Positions 52,268-64,000 of a DNA stretch of 64,000 nt are shown in pieces (the stretch's first letter is position 1; every line of letters begins with the position of its first letter). The DNA is taken from contig NC_135761.1 in the NCBI RefSeq assembly GCF_052425735.1, positions 21,638,001-21,702,000 on the forward strand. The letters are read 5' to 3'. This DNA comes from Oculina patagonica (Eukaryota). The translations under genes and the position numbers were made by a program. A model generated the notes under the pieces. The model was not told the DNA's origin. It was given only the letters and a program-made list of their open reading frames with translations, and did no database searches.

Positions 52268-53501
52268 TTAATTTTAATAGCTATTTTAATTGTACCGAAA
52301 TTTAGATCGTGCAGTTGTTAATTCCTGGCCAACACGGAAATAAAATAAAATGAAATTTTTTAATACACATTTGTAACATCACTAAAAGGTTTACTTTATA
52401 AGCAGTCTTTAAATCGACTTTTTTATCATAATAATAATAAAAAAATATTACGCCCCCAATTTTACTTGGTAAGGTTAATGACCAATGCAATTTGTTCCAT
52501 TCATTCTGAATCAAACAAGTGTGTATTACCACACAAGCGTAACCCCATTGGGCTAATTTGCACGCTACGATTTGTCGGCCAGGATAAATCGGGGCGAAAA
52601 AAAGAAAGAAATTAGCGAGCGAAGCGAGCCGAGCGTTGCCTTTGGGAACCTGTTCACAGACTAGCTCGTTTAAATGTAACCTGGGTCTGCCTTCGTACCT
52701 GGCGCTTTTGTCGTTATCCCTCGTTGGTTGGGGTTAACGCGTACACGAGCAATGGCGCTGTCTTCTCCTCGGGCGCCTTCCGGCATCGCGCGACACTTAT
52801 CCGACAAGTCGGCCGATTTTTAAAAATCTGTGACCACTTCATTAATTTTCGCGTGTCGGGCCCGATATGATAAACAAAAACGCCATCTGCAACCCACCAT
52901 TTTAGTCTTCGAAACGTTTTATAAAAAAGGCTTTGACTAACACAACACATGATATTGTGAAAACATATGCAGTGTTTGCACTGTACATTAACCGATCTAC
53001 CGTAGTCGACAAACAGGAGCGTGTAAATTAGCCTTTTTTCAGCGCACGCATTGCAAGTAAATGTTTTATAAGCAAAACGTTTTTAACAAAACGTGAGGAA
53101 TAAATGGTCGGTAAAATAGATTAGTTAGTTTGTTTTCAGTTGCAGTACTTTTGGAGGTATAATTTGTTTGCGTCAATACTCTTGCAGGTTGCGTTTTCGT
53201 TCATAATATTAGTCCATTAAATCTTAGCGTGTAAATTATCTTTAACGAGTATTAAAGTTGACCGATACAAATTTTAGCGATAATTAATTTAACGATTTTC
53301 GTCTAACTCGCTAAAATCGCTAAAATTAGTAGCCGCTAACAATAGCAACCTTAAAATATCTTCAAAAACAAACCGTTGAAATGAACATGACACATTTGCA
53401 CCATTCCGCCACGAAATTGACAAATCCTTCAATCCTCAAACTTTAATCAGATTTTATTTGAGAAATTGAGAATATTCGTTTAGCTGCAACTGAGCCCTAC
53501 G

Positions 53502-53607
53502 TATAAAGATATCCAGCGAGGAATCTCAGGCTTTCCGTTCGTGTGATTCTGAAAGATTGTTAACCAATATTTCGTCTCATCATTTTGATTACACTTCAGC
53601 TTAGCCG
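53502..53607 (+). promoter_or_regulatory. GPCR copy 2 TATA box and short 5' UTR exon
   Basis: TATAAA at 53502-53507; donor CCG|gtaagg at 53608. Confidence 0.55.
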
Positions 53608-54647
53608 GTAAGGTTTAGACATTTTGAATTTGGCCTTTTTCATATTGAAAATGCGAAAAAAAGTTGAATTGATTTTTAATGCGGTAAAAATAGATAATTT
53701 GCGCGTTCAAACTGCCTTGAAAAATTTAAATCTTTTTGGTCGATAGCGGCATGGTCTTGTCTTGTAAGAGGGGTCCGTGATGTGAAACTTCCTTTAAAAC
53801 CCAACGCAAATTTAAGCGTAATATGTTCCATAAAATTGATATAAAGATGGGTTTTTAAAAACGTCAAACAAATCGTCTAAATCTTTATGTTCATCAGGTA
53901 TTGCAGCTCGACCGCATCACCGAAGAATTTTGCAGTGGAGCGAAGTAAACGTTTTTGGAAAGCCTCTTTGTCGTTAGCGCTCACATATATAAAAGGTAAG
54001 TTGCTAAAGTTGTCCAAAAACGTACGAACGAACCAGTGTAGAATTCAGATGCGCAATAAGAAGACATAAGAAGCCGTGGAGCACAGAAAGCCTATATTCA
54101 TCTGTGCGACATGATATAAGCGAGTCTCGTAACTTAATTCTCTACCGAGTAAGGATGTGAGCTAAGCGAAGATAACAGATTATCTTGATGTGACTCAAGT
54201 CCAAAACTGAAAAAAAGCATAGCAACAAAAAAATGAAATGTGAATATTCTTGCAAAGCCTCTCAATGTTGTCGATAAATAAACAAAATAATAAATAATTA
54301 ATCACTTTATATAAGCGTCGATTTATTTAGCACTGCTGTGCTAATTGAAGACACTGTAAATAAAAAAATAAACAAATAAATAATGAAAATCAAACATGAA
54401 CTTGTTAGAAGCCCCAACTGGCAGAAGGCTGACCAGCTAGTTATTTACACATAGTGGAGGAGTTGAATTCGGGATGACCAAACACAATTCCAATCTAGTA
54501 GCAGGGAGGGATGTGGTATTAATCTATCACTAGAAGAAAGCATGAAAGAAAATGTATTGAATCAGTGAGAAGACTCCAAATTCTAAGCCTGAGCCCTATT
54601 GTGTTTGTGTAAAACAAAACTTTTTCATCTCTTTTCACAGCGTGAAC

Positions 54648-55622
54648 ATGAAGCTGAACTTGGCTACAAATGGCACGCAGATTGCTTTAGAAGACCTGGA
54701 AATGGAGCAAGCGAAGCGACCGTGTTTTTTCACAGGAATCTCACAAACTTTCCAGCTTCAATTCTTTTATTACTCCAGCGTTTTTCTCGTTCCGGTCACC
54801 TCTTTGTTAGGTCTGTGGTGTTTCCTGTCAAACGGGTTAGTCCTGATTGCCATTCTCAGGGGTGGCCTTCGAATCAGGCCAGGGTTTCTGTTGCTGTGTA
54901 GTTTGACTCTGACTGATGTCGTGTTGGGAGGGCTGGTGACGCCCATGTATGTTAGAAACAGTGTCGAGGAGTTGCTTTCTGGTAAGGCGTGTACCATTCC
55001 TAGCGATCGGGACTCGTCTCTTATGCCTGCATTTTTCTTTTTATGTTTTTATTCTACGCTGGGTAATCTTGGAGTGATAAGCGTGGATCGCTACTTAGCA
55101 GTCGCTAAACCAATGTGGTACAAAACGACCGTCACGATGCAGCATGCTATTTTTGCTTGCAGCGGAGTGTGGCTGTCATCAGTTTCAATGGTGATATTAC
55201 GGCATGTTAAGGTGCCTCCTCCCAAAGCGCTCGAGATCTTTCAAACGTGGTTCGTAGTCCTCTTCTCTTGTCTGGTTGTAGCTGTCCAGATATTAACTCT
55301 TGTGACCCTTCGTAAGCATAACAATGCAGTCGCACAGGTAATGGAGGAAAGCGCTCGGGTAAATCCTGCTACCGCTAATAACGCAATTGAGCGCCAGCTA
55401 GCAGCGACTACTCGCCATGTTGTCTGTTTACTTGTTTTGTTAATAGTTCCCCTGACGTTTCTAATCGGTTTATCGCAGATTCTTGGTACAAAAATCAATC
55501 TATTTGTAAGGCCCTTATTCTATCCTACCACCACTCTTTGCTCTGGTATAAACCCCGTGTTGTATTACAGAGGAAATGTCCAGATTAGGGACGGAATCAC
55601 TAAACTTTTGAAATGGCAGTGA
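54648..55622 (+). CDS. Class A GPCR, copy 2 (324 aa)
   Basis: 7TM pattern, DRY, NPVLY, helix-8-like IRDGITKLL; single coding exon after an acceptor ending at 54640. Confidence 0.92.
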   Translation: MKLNLATNGTQIALEDLEMEQAKRPCFFTGISQTFQLQFFYYSSVFLVPVTSLLGLWCFLSNGLVLIAILRGGLRIRPGFLLLCSLTLTDVVLGGLVTPMYVRNSVEELLSGKACTIPSDRDSSLMPAFFFLCFYSTLGNLGVISVDRYLAVAKPMWYKTTVTMQHAIFACSGVWLSSVSMVILRHVKVPPPKALEIFQTWFVVLFSCLVVAVQILTLVTLRKHNNAVAQVMEESARVNPATANNAIERQLAATTRHVVCLLVLLIVPLTFLIGLSQILGTKINLFVRPLFYPTTTLCSGINPVLYYRGNVQIRDGITKLLKWQ

Positions 55623-55740
55623 ATGCGAGATGTCGAGTGATGGCAGTTACTCCTGTTTAAGTGCTCGTTCAAGTAGGTACTTCATGACAGCAGACTGTTC
55701 AACGTTGCGTCCGCTCAGTGAACTCAAACCTGTTAAAGAA

Positions 55741-58506
55741 TAGGATGTTTTTCAGCTTTCAATTTGCTTACTTTGAAACTTAATTCATTACTGCAAAAAG
55801 CCTACGTTGCAGATGAACAAAACCCCGCTATACCGGGTTGAACTGCAAAATGAGTTTTATTACTTAACGCCATAGCTAAACAAAACAAAAAGCTAAAAAA
55901 TCATAACGAAAAATGGAAAGAGCTTCTCCCTGTTTTTCAACAGTAATTAAGAAATGTAGAGTTTATATTTTATATTTTGATGGAACTAATAGTTAGACAC
56001 TTCTTGTATTTTTCGCATTTTCGTGTGTGCGTATGTTTTTCCCTTTTTCTTTGTTTTTTTCTATAGACTAAATGTAAGTAGTGTTAGTTTTCTTTTTCTT
56101 CTATTCAACAAATTATGATTGTATTTTAGTAATGTAAGTAACTGTCCCGTAAGTAGTGTAAGTAATCTTTTTGTAAGTAGTCCTTTTTTCTGTAAGTGAT
56201 GTAAGCAACTGTATCAATTGCTTTGTAAATAAGCTTTTTCCTTTTTGTGTGTTGCAATTAAAAAAAAAAAAAAAAAAAAACTTAACGCGGGGGTAAATGT
56301 GAATTTGAGTGAAACGAGAAAGAAATTGTTTTTGAAACACCACCAGACAGTTGAGCCCCACGCAAGAGCACTCCAGGTTGTCAGGGACTAACTGGTGTCC
56401 GTCTACCCGGCAATTTTAAAGTTCTAATTTTAAAATCACATTAAATCTCCAATATTTCTTATTTCTTTAAATTTTACTAATTCTTTGAGAAAAAATTGTC
56501 TCCTCCCAAAAAATCCCACAAATTCACAAACACCGCAAAACATAGATTTGTGAAATGAGCAGAGGGTTTTTGAATTGCTTAAATCGCTAACGAGATATTC
56601 GCATTCAACCCACATTAAACGGTGGAAAAATGGCTTTCAAGTGAACCCCCGCCTTAAATCAACAACAATATTGTAAAATCAGTATAAAAAATAACTAAAA
56701 GGAATAATGCTATCTTATTAACAAAACATTTTTTCATTTCACTTCATTTATGTATTGTAGTTTCTAACTTTCTTCAAAATATTGGCATAATTCTACAAAC
56801 GCTATAAACTCAATTCATGCAGCCTCGTACGCATAAAATCTAACAGAAAAACGAACAGTATACGAAATTAGCAACAATCCATCACAAGAAGACAGGAAAG
56901 TCACTATTTTATTATAACGCACTATTAAAAGTCCTCATTGACTGTAAAGTTGCTTGACGCAGACATCGAAGAGGCTAAGAAAACGACTAAGAAAATGATT
57001 AAGAAAACGTCGATATCCAAATATGAACGGCATTTCTAGGCTTTGCATCAGAGCAGATTAGATTAGTCTCCTACTTACCAACTCTTTTTGTATCTTACTC
57101 CGCTAGCAAACTACGCATCCTATTTGTTTTATTGACGTTTTTAGAGTAAAAGTGAAATAAACGCCTCTCTCTTATAAACGCCTCATATCTATTTAACCCC
57201 GAATGGCATAACTTCCTTTAACGTTGATGATGTCTTAAATAAACATAGGAACAGTCCTTCCGAATATGTTACCACGGTTCCCAAGAAAGATGTAATCCTT
57301 GTGTTACCTTATCTAGGTTTCCAAACCGAAGCTTCTAAGCGCCGTCGTTAATCTTGTGTTAATAAATTTTATGGTTTCGTGAACCTTTGGTTGATTTTTC
57401 AGAACACTTGCCGGATTAAGTCCTTTTTTCCTTACAAAGATCGTTTCAATCGCTCACAAAAATCGAAGGTTGGCTACAAGGCCAGTTGCTGGGACTGTGA
57501 CGCTTTCTGGCAAAACAAAACGACGACTGCATGCTTTCTTTTCCTTTTCTTTTCTTTCCTCTCCCCCGTTTTCCTTCTCTTTTCATTTTCTTTCTTTTCC
57601 TTTCTTTCACTTGCCTTGCTTTTCGATTCCTTTCCTTTTCTTTCCTTCTTTTCCCCTCTAGGGTAGCACCATTCTCGTTCCATTCTCGTTCCAGCCCTTT
57701 TCGGCTCTCTTAGCCGGCGGAGCCTTGGCTCAAGAAACGAAGGGCTCCGGGGACATCTAGTCCTAGATTCTTTCCAGTCCTAGGTTCTAGGATATCGACG
57801 TTTTCTTAGTCATCTGGGTCAACCATGTTGGCGTTGTTGGCCTCTTCGATGTCCGCGTCAAGCAGGAAAATAAATAAATTGCGTGATTTTACTCCATGGA
57901 GCATTTTCCTGGTTTTTGTGGTGAATTTTAGCCTGCTCGGTAATAAATAATGAAGATAAGTAGTTTTTGTAGCGCGCGTATGGGAGAAACGCGAAAGGCG
58001 CGCGCGCTGAAAACTACACAGACGGTGAATTTTGGAGGGGGCGTCTATAGGATACGAGGCGTTTATTACAGGGGGGCGTCTAATACACTGTACAAACTTT
58101 ACACTTCAGGGGAGGCGTTTATTAGATCATTTAAGGCATGTAAGACAAAACCTAATAATTATTTAACCTGACATTAACCAACTTCACAGTCAATGAGGAC
58201 TTTAAATAGTGTGTTATAATAAAATCGTAACTTTTTTTCTTCTTGCTAATTCGTATACTGTTCGTCGTTCTGTTAGCTTTTATGCATACGAGGCTGCACG
58301 TGTGAGTTTTTTGTATGCCAATATTTTGAAGAAAGTTAGAAACTACAATACATAAATGAAGTGATATGGAAGACATGTTTTGTTAATAAGATGACATTAC
58401 TCCTTTTAGTTTATTTTATATATTAATTTTACAATATTCAAAACTCACTTTGCAGTTATGAATTAAGTTTCAAAGTATGCAAAAAGAAAGCTGAAAAAAC
58501 ATCCTA
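55741..58506. mobile_element. ~2.8-kb TIR-bounded element containing nested fragments
   Basis: ~55-bp imperfect TIRs TAGGATGTTTTTCAGCTTTC..TTTGAAACTTAATTCAT..CTGCAAA at both ends; includes a TTAA-flanked element at ~56282-56656. Confidence 0.65.
57200..57532 (+). mobile_element. Degenerate Penelope-like retroelement fragment (linker plus start of GIY-YIG endonuclease)
   Basis: Peptide LVLPYLG...IKSFFPYKDR...KSKVGYKASCWDCDAF-(frameshift)-GKTKRRLH. Confidence 0.75.
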
Positions 58507-58599
58507 CCTTATTATAGGAAATTAAAGAGACACTATATATATATATATATATGTTTATAGTGGTCATGCACTTATCTTCACATCTCAACGAGATAACTA

Positions 58600-58967
58600 G
58601 TTTACAGGCATGCCACTGAAACAGAGGAAACTAATAATTTATAAATGAACATAACAAGGTTGAAGATCCCGACTGGCAGGAGGCAGACCAGTTGGCTATG
58701 TTGTGGTTCAATTTTTTCCTTGGTTCAAATTTTATTTTCCTTTGTTTTTAACTCATTATCACACATTACCATACCCAAAAACAAAGGAAAATAAAATTTG
58801 AACCAAGGATAAAATTGAACCACAACAGCTATATACAAAGCGTGGTCGAGGATTTGAACTCGGGACAACCGAGAAACAAGTCCAGCTAGTGGCAGGGGCA
58901 GGTCTTGAACCGGGGACCTCCGGATTACAACACAAGCGTCCTAAGCCACTCAGCCACGCTTGCCTCC
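58600..58967 (-). mobile_element. tRNA-derived SINE interrupted by a MITE (~58699-58827)
   Basis: Minus-strand head has A box TGGCTGAGTGG and B box GGTTCAAGACC. The inserted TGTTGTGGTTCAATTTT...AAAATTGAACCACAACA is flanked by GCTA. Related SINE pieces at ~17700-17840, 50430-50560 and 54360-54510. Confidence 0.75.
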
Positions 58968-60025
58968 TTGTATAACACTGTCACGGGGATTTTAATGCTT
59001 TTCGGTAAAACGTACAAAAATAGGCCAATTCCGATATATTAATATTCTAACGTGGCTGCGAGGCTTGGGGGAACCTCGACGTGATATCTTTTGTTTTATT
59101 CCCCCAAACCTCGGAGCCAAGTTAGAATTTAATATATCGGAAATGGCCTATTGGCCAATAGGTCTTCTCGTAATGAAATGCACCTAGTACATCAAGATGG
59201 AGAGCATCCAGTAATACAAGGAGGCAATTGTTGTTGTTAATTTTTAGGTGTTCTTCCACTCCAAAAGGACAAAACTTGAAAAAATCAGCCTGACTTTTTC
59301 AAATTGAGACCCAATTCCTGATGACATCACAAAATACTCACTCGTTTATCGCTTAAGTGCACTCACATGGTGATTTTTAACAAAACTGGATCACTATTCT
59401 TAATTTCCATATGTCTTTAAGCTCTTGAGTTATGAAGTGAAACTGGTGACAGTGTCCCTTAAACGTATGTGTTAGTTAAGGCATTTGAAATTAATGCGAA
59501 TTTGAAGGAAAAATTACTTTCCAACTGAATAAAGAAAAACAACGCGAAAGAGAGGGTAAAATTTTAAAGTGAAGGAAAGTAACGCGACGTATACAAAGAA
59601 AACGCTTGTTAAGACAACAGGAACTGATAAGTTTATTTCATCACTAAGCGAATTATCCTAAACGTAGGGGTTAGAGAAGAAATCTAACCACCTCGAGCGT
59701 TCATCACAGTTTCAGTGATACCAATACTTCCACCTTGATGAAATAATGCCCTTTCCTAGGAGACAAGAACGTCTGGACTGTATCGAGAAATTGGGGCCGA
59801 AATAATGGAAATTAAGTAAACGCTACATGTATTTAACGGCGCGAAAATAAAACGTTAACAAAAATTAACGCGACTTTAGCAATTTCCTTTAATAAGGTAG
59901 TCTTTAATAAGTTCGATTTCAGCGTAACTCAGGGACACAAAGTTCAGTCATGATCAGCTGCCATGAAGTATCTACTTGAACGAGAACTAAAACAAGGGTA
60001 ACTGCTATCACTCGACATCTCGCAT

Positions 60026-61000
60026 TCACTGCCATTTCAAAAGTTTAGTGATTCCGTCCCTAATCTGGACATTTCCTCTGTAATACAACACGGGGTTAAT
60101 ACCAGAGCAAAGAGTGGTGGTAGGATAGAATAAGGGCCTTACAAATAGATCGATTTTTGTACCAAGAATCTGCGATAAACCCACCAGAAACGCCGTGGGA
60201 ATTATCAGCAAAACCAGTAAACAGACAACATGGCGAGTAGTCGCTGCTAGCTGGCGCTCAATTGCGTTATTAGCGGTAGCAGGATTTACCCGAGCGCTTT
60301 CCTCCATTACCTGTGCGACTGCGTTGTTATGCTTACGAAGGGTCACAAGAGTTAATATCTGAACAGCTACAACCAGACAAGAGAAGAGGATAACGAAACA
60401 CGTTCGAAAGATATTGCTCGCTTTGTGAGGAAACACTTCCACTTGCCATGAAATCACCATTGAAATTGATGACAGCCACACTCCGCTGCAAGCAAAAATT
60501 GCGTGCTGTATCGTGACGGTCGTTTTGTACCACATCGGTTTAGCGACTGCTAAGTAGCGATCCACGCTTATCACTCCAAGATTACCCAGCGTAGAATAAA
60601 AACATAAAAAGAAAAATGTAGCCATAAGAGGCGAATCCAAATCGCTAGGATTGGTGCACGCCTTGCCAGAAAGCAACTCCTTGACCCTGAATCTAACATA
60701 CATGGGCGTCACCAGCCCTCCCCACACGACATCAGTCAGAGTCAAACTACACAGCAACAGAAACCCTGGCCTGATTCGAAGGCCACCCCTGAGAATGGCA
60801 ATCAGGACTAACCCGTTTGACAGGAAACACCACAGACCTAACAAAGTGGTGACCGGTACGAGAAAAAAGTTGGAGTAATAAAAGAAGTGAAGCTGGAAAG
60901 TCTGTGAGATTCCTGAGGAAAAACACGGTCGCTTTGCCTGCTCCATTGCCAGGCCTGGAAAAGCAATCTGCGTGTCATTTGTAGTCAGATTCGGGCTCAT
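60026..61000 (-). CDS. Class A GPCR, copy 3 (324 aa)
   Basis: Paralog of copies 1 and 2; ATG at 61000 follows the same ttttcacag|cgtgaacATG acceptor. Confidence 0.92.
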   Translation of the reverse strand: MSPNLTTNDTQIAFPGLAMEQAKRPCFSSGISQTFQLHFFYYSNFFLVPVTTLLGLWCFLSNGLVLIAILRGGLRIRPGFLLLCSLTLTDVVWGGLVTPMYVRFRVKELLSGKACTNPSDLDSPLMATFFFLCFYSTLGNLGVISVDRYLAVAKPMWYKTTVTIQHAIFACSGVWLSSISMVISWQVEVFPHKASNIFRTCFVILFSCLVVAVQILTLVTLRKHNNAVAQVMEESARVNPATANNAIERQLAATTRHVVCLLVLLIIPTAFLVGLSQILGTKIDLFVRPLFYPTTTLCSGINPVLYYRGNVQIRDGITKLLKWQ

Positions 61001-61839
61001 GTTCACGCTGTGAAAAGAGATGAAAAAGGTTTTTTTACATAAACACAGTAGGCAGAGGCGGCGGAGCGTTTTGGAACGTGGCGGGGAAGGGGGGGGGGGG
61101 GAGGGAGGGACTGTCCTAAAAATACTCGGCAGGTGCAACGTTTTTCCGTTCTAGTAACTTTTTGTTTTCCGAACAGTTTCTAGACCGAAATGAGATTTGC
61201 AAAGATTCCCGAATTGTTTTTCGAGGGCATACGAACGTTTCCTATCATTTTCGAACTTTTCCGAAGTTAAAGGAAGTTTCCCGAAGACTTCCAAGAAAGT
61301 TTCAGAGATGTTTGAACCCACTCACGAGACGAAATATCTTGACAAACCAATTTTACGCTGCGCTCGCGATATTTTCGGCACTAATTATAAAACTAATATC
61401 GTTTACTGTAGTTACTATCTTATTTTATCATAGTATCGTGTTAAATTGACATTTTCGTGATGTTTGGCGTTCGGATAATGTAAAAATACTAAGCATTTAT
61501 CGACCGTTCACAAACGTGGAATCACACCACTGTGCTCACCCCTAAATACCTCATTACAGGAAAATTACGCATTTTCAATATGAAAGAGACAAAAGTCGAA
61601 ATGTCTAAACCTTACCGTCTAAGCTAAGATTCGGTTTACAATCTACCACAATCACACCAACGAACTCCTCGAAGTCCTCGCTGGATATCTTCACGCGTAA
61701 GGCTCAGTTGCAGCTAAACGAATATTTCTCAATTTCTCAAATAAAACCTGATTTGTTTCAACGATTTGTCAATTTCGTGGCGGCGTGGAGCAAATGTGTC
61801 ATGTTCATTTCAACGGTTTGTTTTTGACGATAATGCAAT

Positions 61840-62388
61840 ATTCTGAAAGTAATTTTGTCTTTTCATCTGACCGTTTTACATAATCCTGAACAGAAGAAAC
61901 TTAAAATAACATTTCCCGCGAGTCTTTTGCAAAGAAAGTGGAATATCTAGTAAAACATTAATTTCTGAATTTAAAAACATTAGAAAAAAAGGCGCGCATG
62001 CACCGAAATTTGTTTAAAATATTTAGAAAGTTTCCTAACATGCATTTGAAGGAAACACTTTAGGTTATATCCATGTAGCTAGGAGTATACCAACGATCGG
62101 TAAATTTAACGGTTTGTATTTGAAGATAATGCAATATTCTAAAAGTAACTTTTTCTTTTAATCTGGCCTTTTTACATAATCCTGAACAGAAGAAACTTAA
62201 AATAAAATTCCCCACGAGTCTCTGGCAAAGAAATGGTAAAACATTAATTTCTAAATTTAACATTAGAAAAAAGGCGCGCATGCACGACCAAAATTTGTTC
62301 AAAATATTTAGGACGTTTTCTAACATTTAAAGGAAACTATTTGGGTAATATCCATGTAGCTAGCAGTATACCATCAATCAGTAAATTT
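61840..62388. repeat. Same ~290-bp repeat, ~2 units, upstream of GPCR copy 3
   Basis: Units begin at 61840 and 62136; homology to 51160-53020 continues to ~63480. Confidence 0.85.
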
Positions 62389-64000
62389 TAATTGTACCGA
62401 AATTTAGATTGTGCAGTTGTTAATCCTTGGCCAACACGGAAACAAATTCAATGAAATTTTGAAAGCGAACTTACACATTTGTGAAATTTTGGACATAAAG
62501 ATTTCAGTCTAAAGTGCAACAGATTGAAGTCTATTGTAAGGAAACGCTCTTGTAAAAACTAAAAGAATTTTCTGTGAACAAGATAGGGTCGAATTTGTAG
62601 ATGTTGTAATTCAATTTTATCCTTGGTTCAAATTGGATTTTCCTGTGATTCATTATCATACACAAAACATGAGTTTGAAACAAAGAAAAAAAGGAAACAA
62701 AGGGAATTGTAATTTTAGCTTAGGATAAAATTGAACTACAACATTTATGTCCATCAGACAGGTCTACATGCTGCGAGAATCATAGATCGGCAGCCTCGAC
62801 TTTTTTATCACAAAAGTTAAAAAAGATATTACACCCCAAAATATACTTTATAAAATTAATGACCAATGCGATTTGTTCCACTGATTTTCTGAATCAAACT
62901 AATTAGCACGCTACAATTTGTCGGCCACGATAAATCGGGACGAAAATCGGCTCAGGTTTTAACTTGCGAGCACGCTCCCAAGTTGCGACAGGACGAAAAA
63001 AGAAATAAACGAGCGAAGCGAGTCGAGCTTTGCCTTTGGGAGCATGTTCGCAAGCTATCTCGTTTGAATGTAGCCTGGGTAAGCCTACGTAAATGGCGCT
63101 TTTGTTGTTCTACCCCCTTAGTTCGGGTTAACGCGCGGTGGACTAGCCACTCACGGCTATATTGAATGGCGATCCCATACGCGCGCGACTTCTATTCGAC
63201 GAGTTGGCTGATTTTTAAAAATCTGTGACCACTTCACCCATTCTCACTTGTCGAGCCCGATGCGATAAACGAAAACGAAATCTGCAAAAGAATCGATGCA
63301 AAACGAAATATATTTTTTAGTACTTTTAATAAAAACAAACGAAACTAACAAATCTATCACCTGCCATTTTACTTTTTTGTTTTATAAAATAGGCTTTGAC
63401 TAACACAACACATAGGCAGTGTTTGCACTGTACATTCACTGATTTACCGTGGCCGACGAATAGGCGCGTGAAAATTGCCTCACCTCGGTGTAGACGTATG
63501 CAGGAATATTTCCAAGCAATAATTCTCGCGATTTTGACATGTATCTTCGACAGTTATTTTAAATTTTTGCATTTGTTTAGGTTTTCAATATTATGGATTA
63601 ATTAGTAAACAAACACCTTCAGTGGTCGCATTTTGAAAAATTTCTCATGTAAATAATCAACCTTGTTCCTTGGAAGAGAGAGACCCTGGGAATGAGATTG
63701 GAGAATAAATTGTTTCTGATTGACATGTGCTGAATGCGTATAAAGGACCTTTCTGTCACCACGTTTACCGTTTAATGCATAAATTAATTGTGGTTTGATA
63801 TAAGAATGGAGTGAGTGAAGTCAAGTCATCTTAATACCTCATTACAATTAGGTGAAAGGGTGTCTGGAATAGGGTACAGTTTTTTGGTGTCTAGTCTAGT
63901 AGAGGGTTGCAAAATCAGATGAATATGGTCTGGTAAAGGATAGGGGTTTTAAAGTCCCAGCGGCACACCCCACCCAAAAATATACCCGCGGCGCCCACTG

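Larger units (their letters stand above)
49150..55740. repeat. Large inverted segmental duplication containing GPCR copies 1 and 2
   Basis: Arms ~49150-51420 and ~53370-55740 are reverse-complement homologous across CDS, intron and promoter; ~1.9 kb spacer; boundaries approximate. Confidence 0.85.

Noticed and set aside
58880-58967. tRNA gene
   Set aside because: A and B boxes are present but there is no convincing cloverleaf, and the sequence continues into a SINE body repeated elsewhere in the window.
61001-61138. Proline-rich N-terminal extension of GPCR copy 3 in the ORF track
   Set aside because: It starts at a non-ATG codon and runs through the conserved splice acceptor and a poly-C intronic tract.

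Overview
AT-rich, intron-containing animal genomic DNA. The gene content and dense MITE/SINE/LINE debris suggest a cnidarian, probably a stony coral (inference). I spliced each gene model by hand using GT-AG sites and codon phase. (1) A + strand NLR-like gene, HEPN(RxxxxH)-coiled coil-STAND/NB-ARC-TPR (8994-13501), with a single in-frame TGA at codon 76. (2) WDR88, 12 exons, - strand. (3) A two-exon secreted conodipine-like phospholipase A2 with a polybasic linker, - strand. (4) DENND11/LCHN, 9 exons, - strand, head-to-head with (5) selenocysteine lyase SCLY, 4 exons, + strand. (6) Three paralogous class A GPCRs (-,+,-) formed by inverted and direct duplication, with mosaic gene-conversion-like identity. 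The most unusual non-coding item is a TSD-flanked inverted repeat in SCLY intron 2 carrying a minimal type I hammerhead ribozyme on each strand, as in Penelope-like elements. The first ~2 kb is a diverged copy of the NLR 3' flank, which predicts a tandem NLR paralog just upstream of the window.
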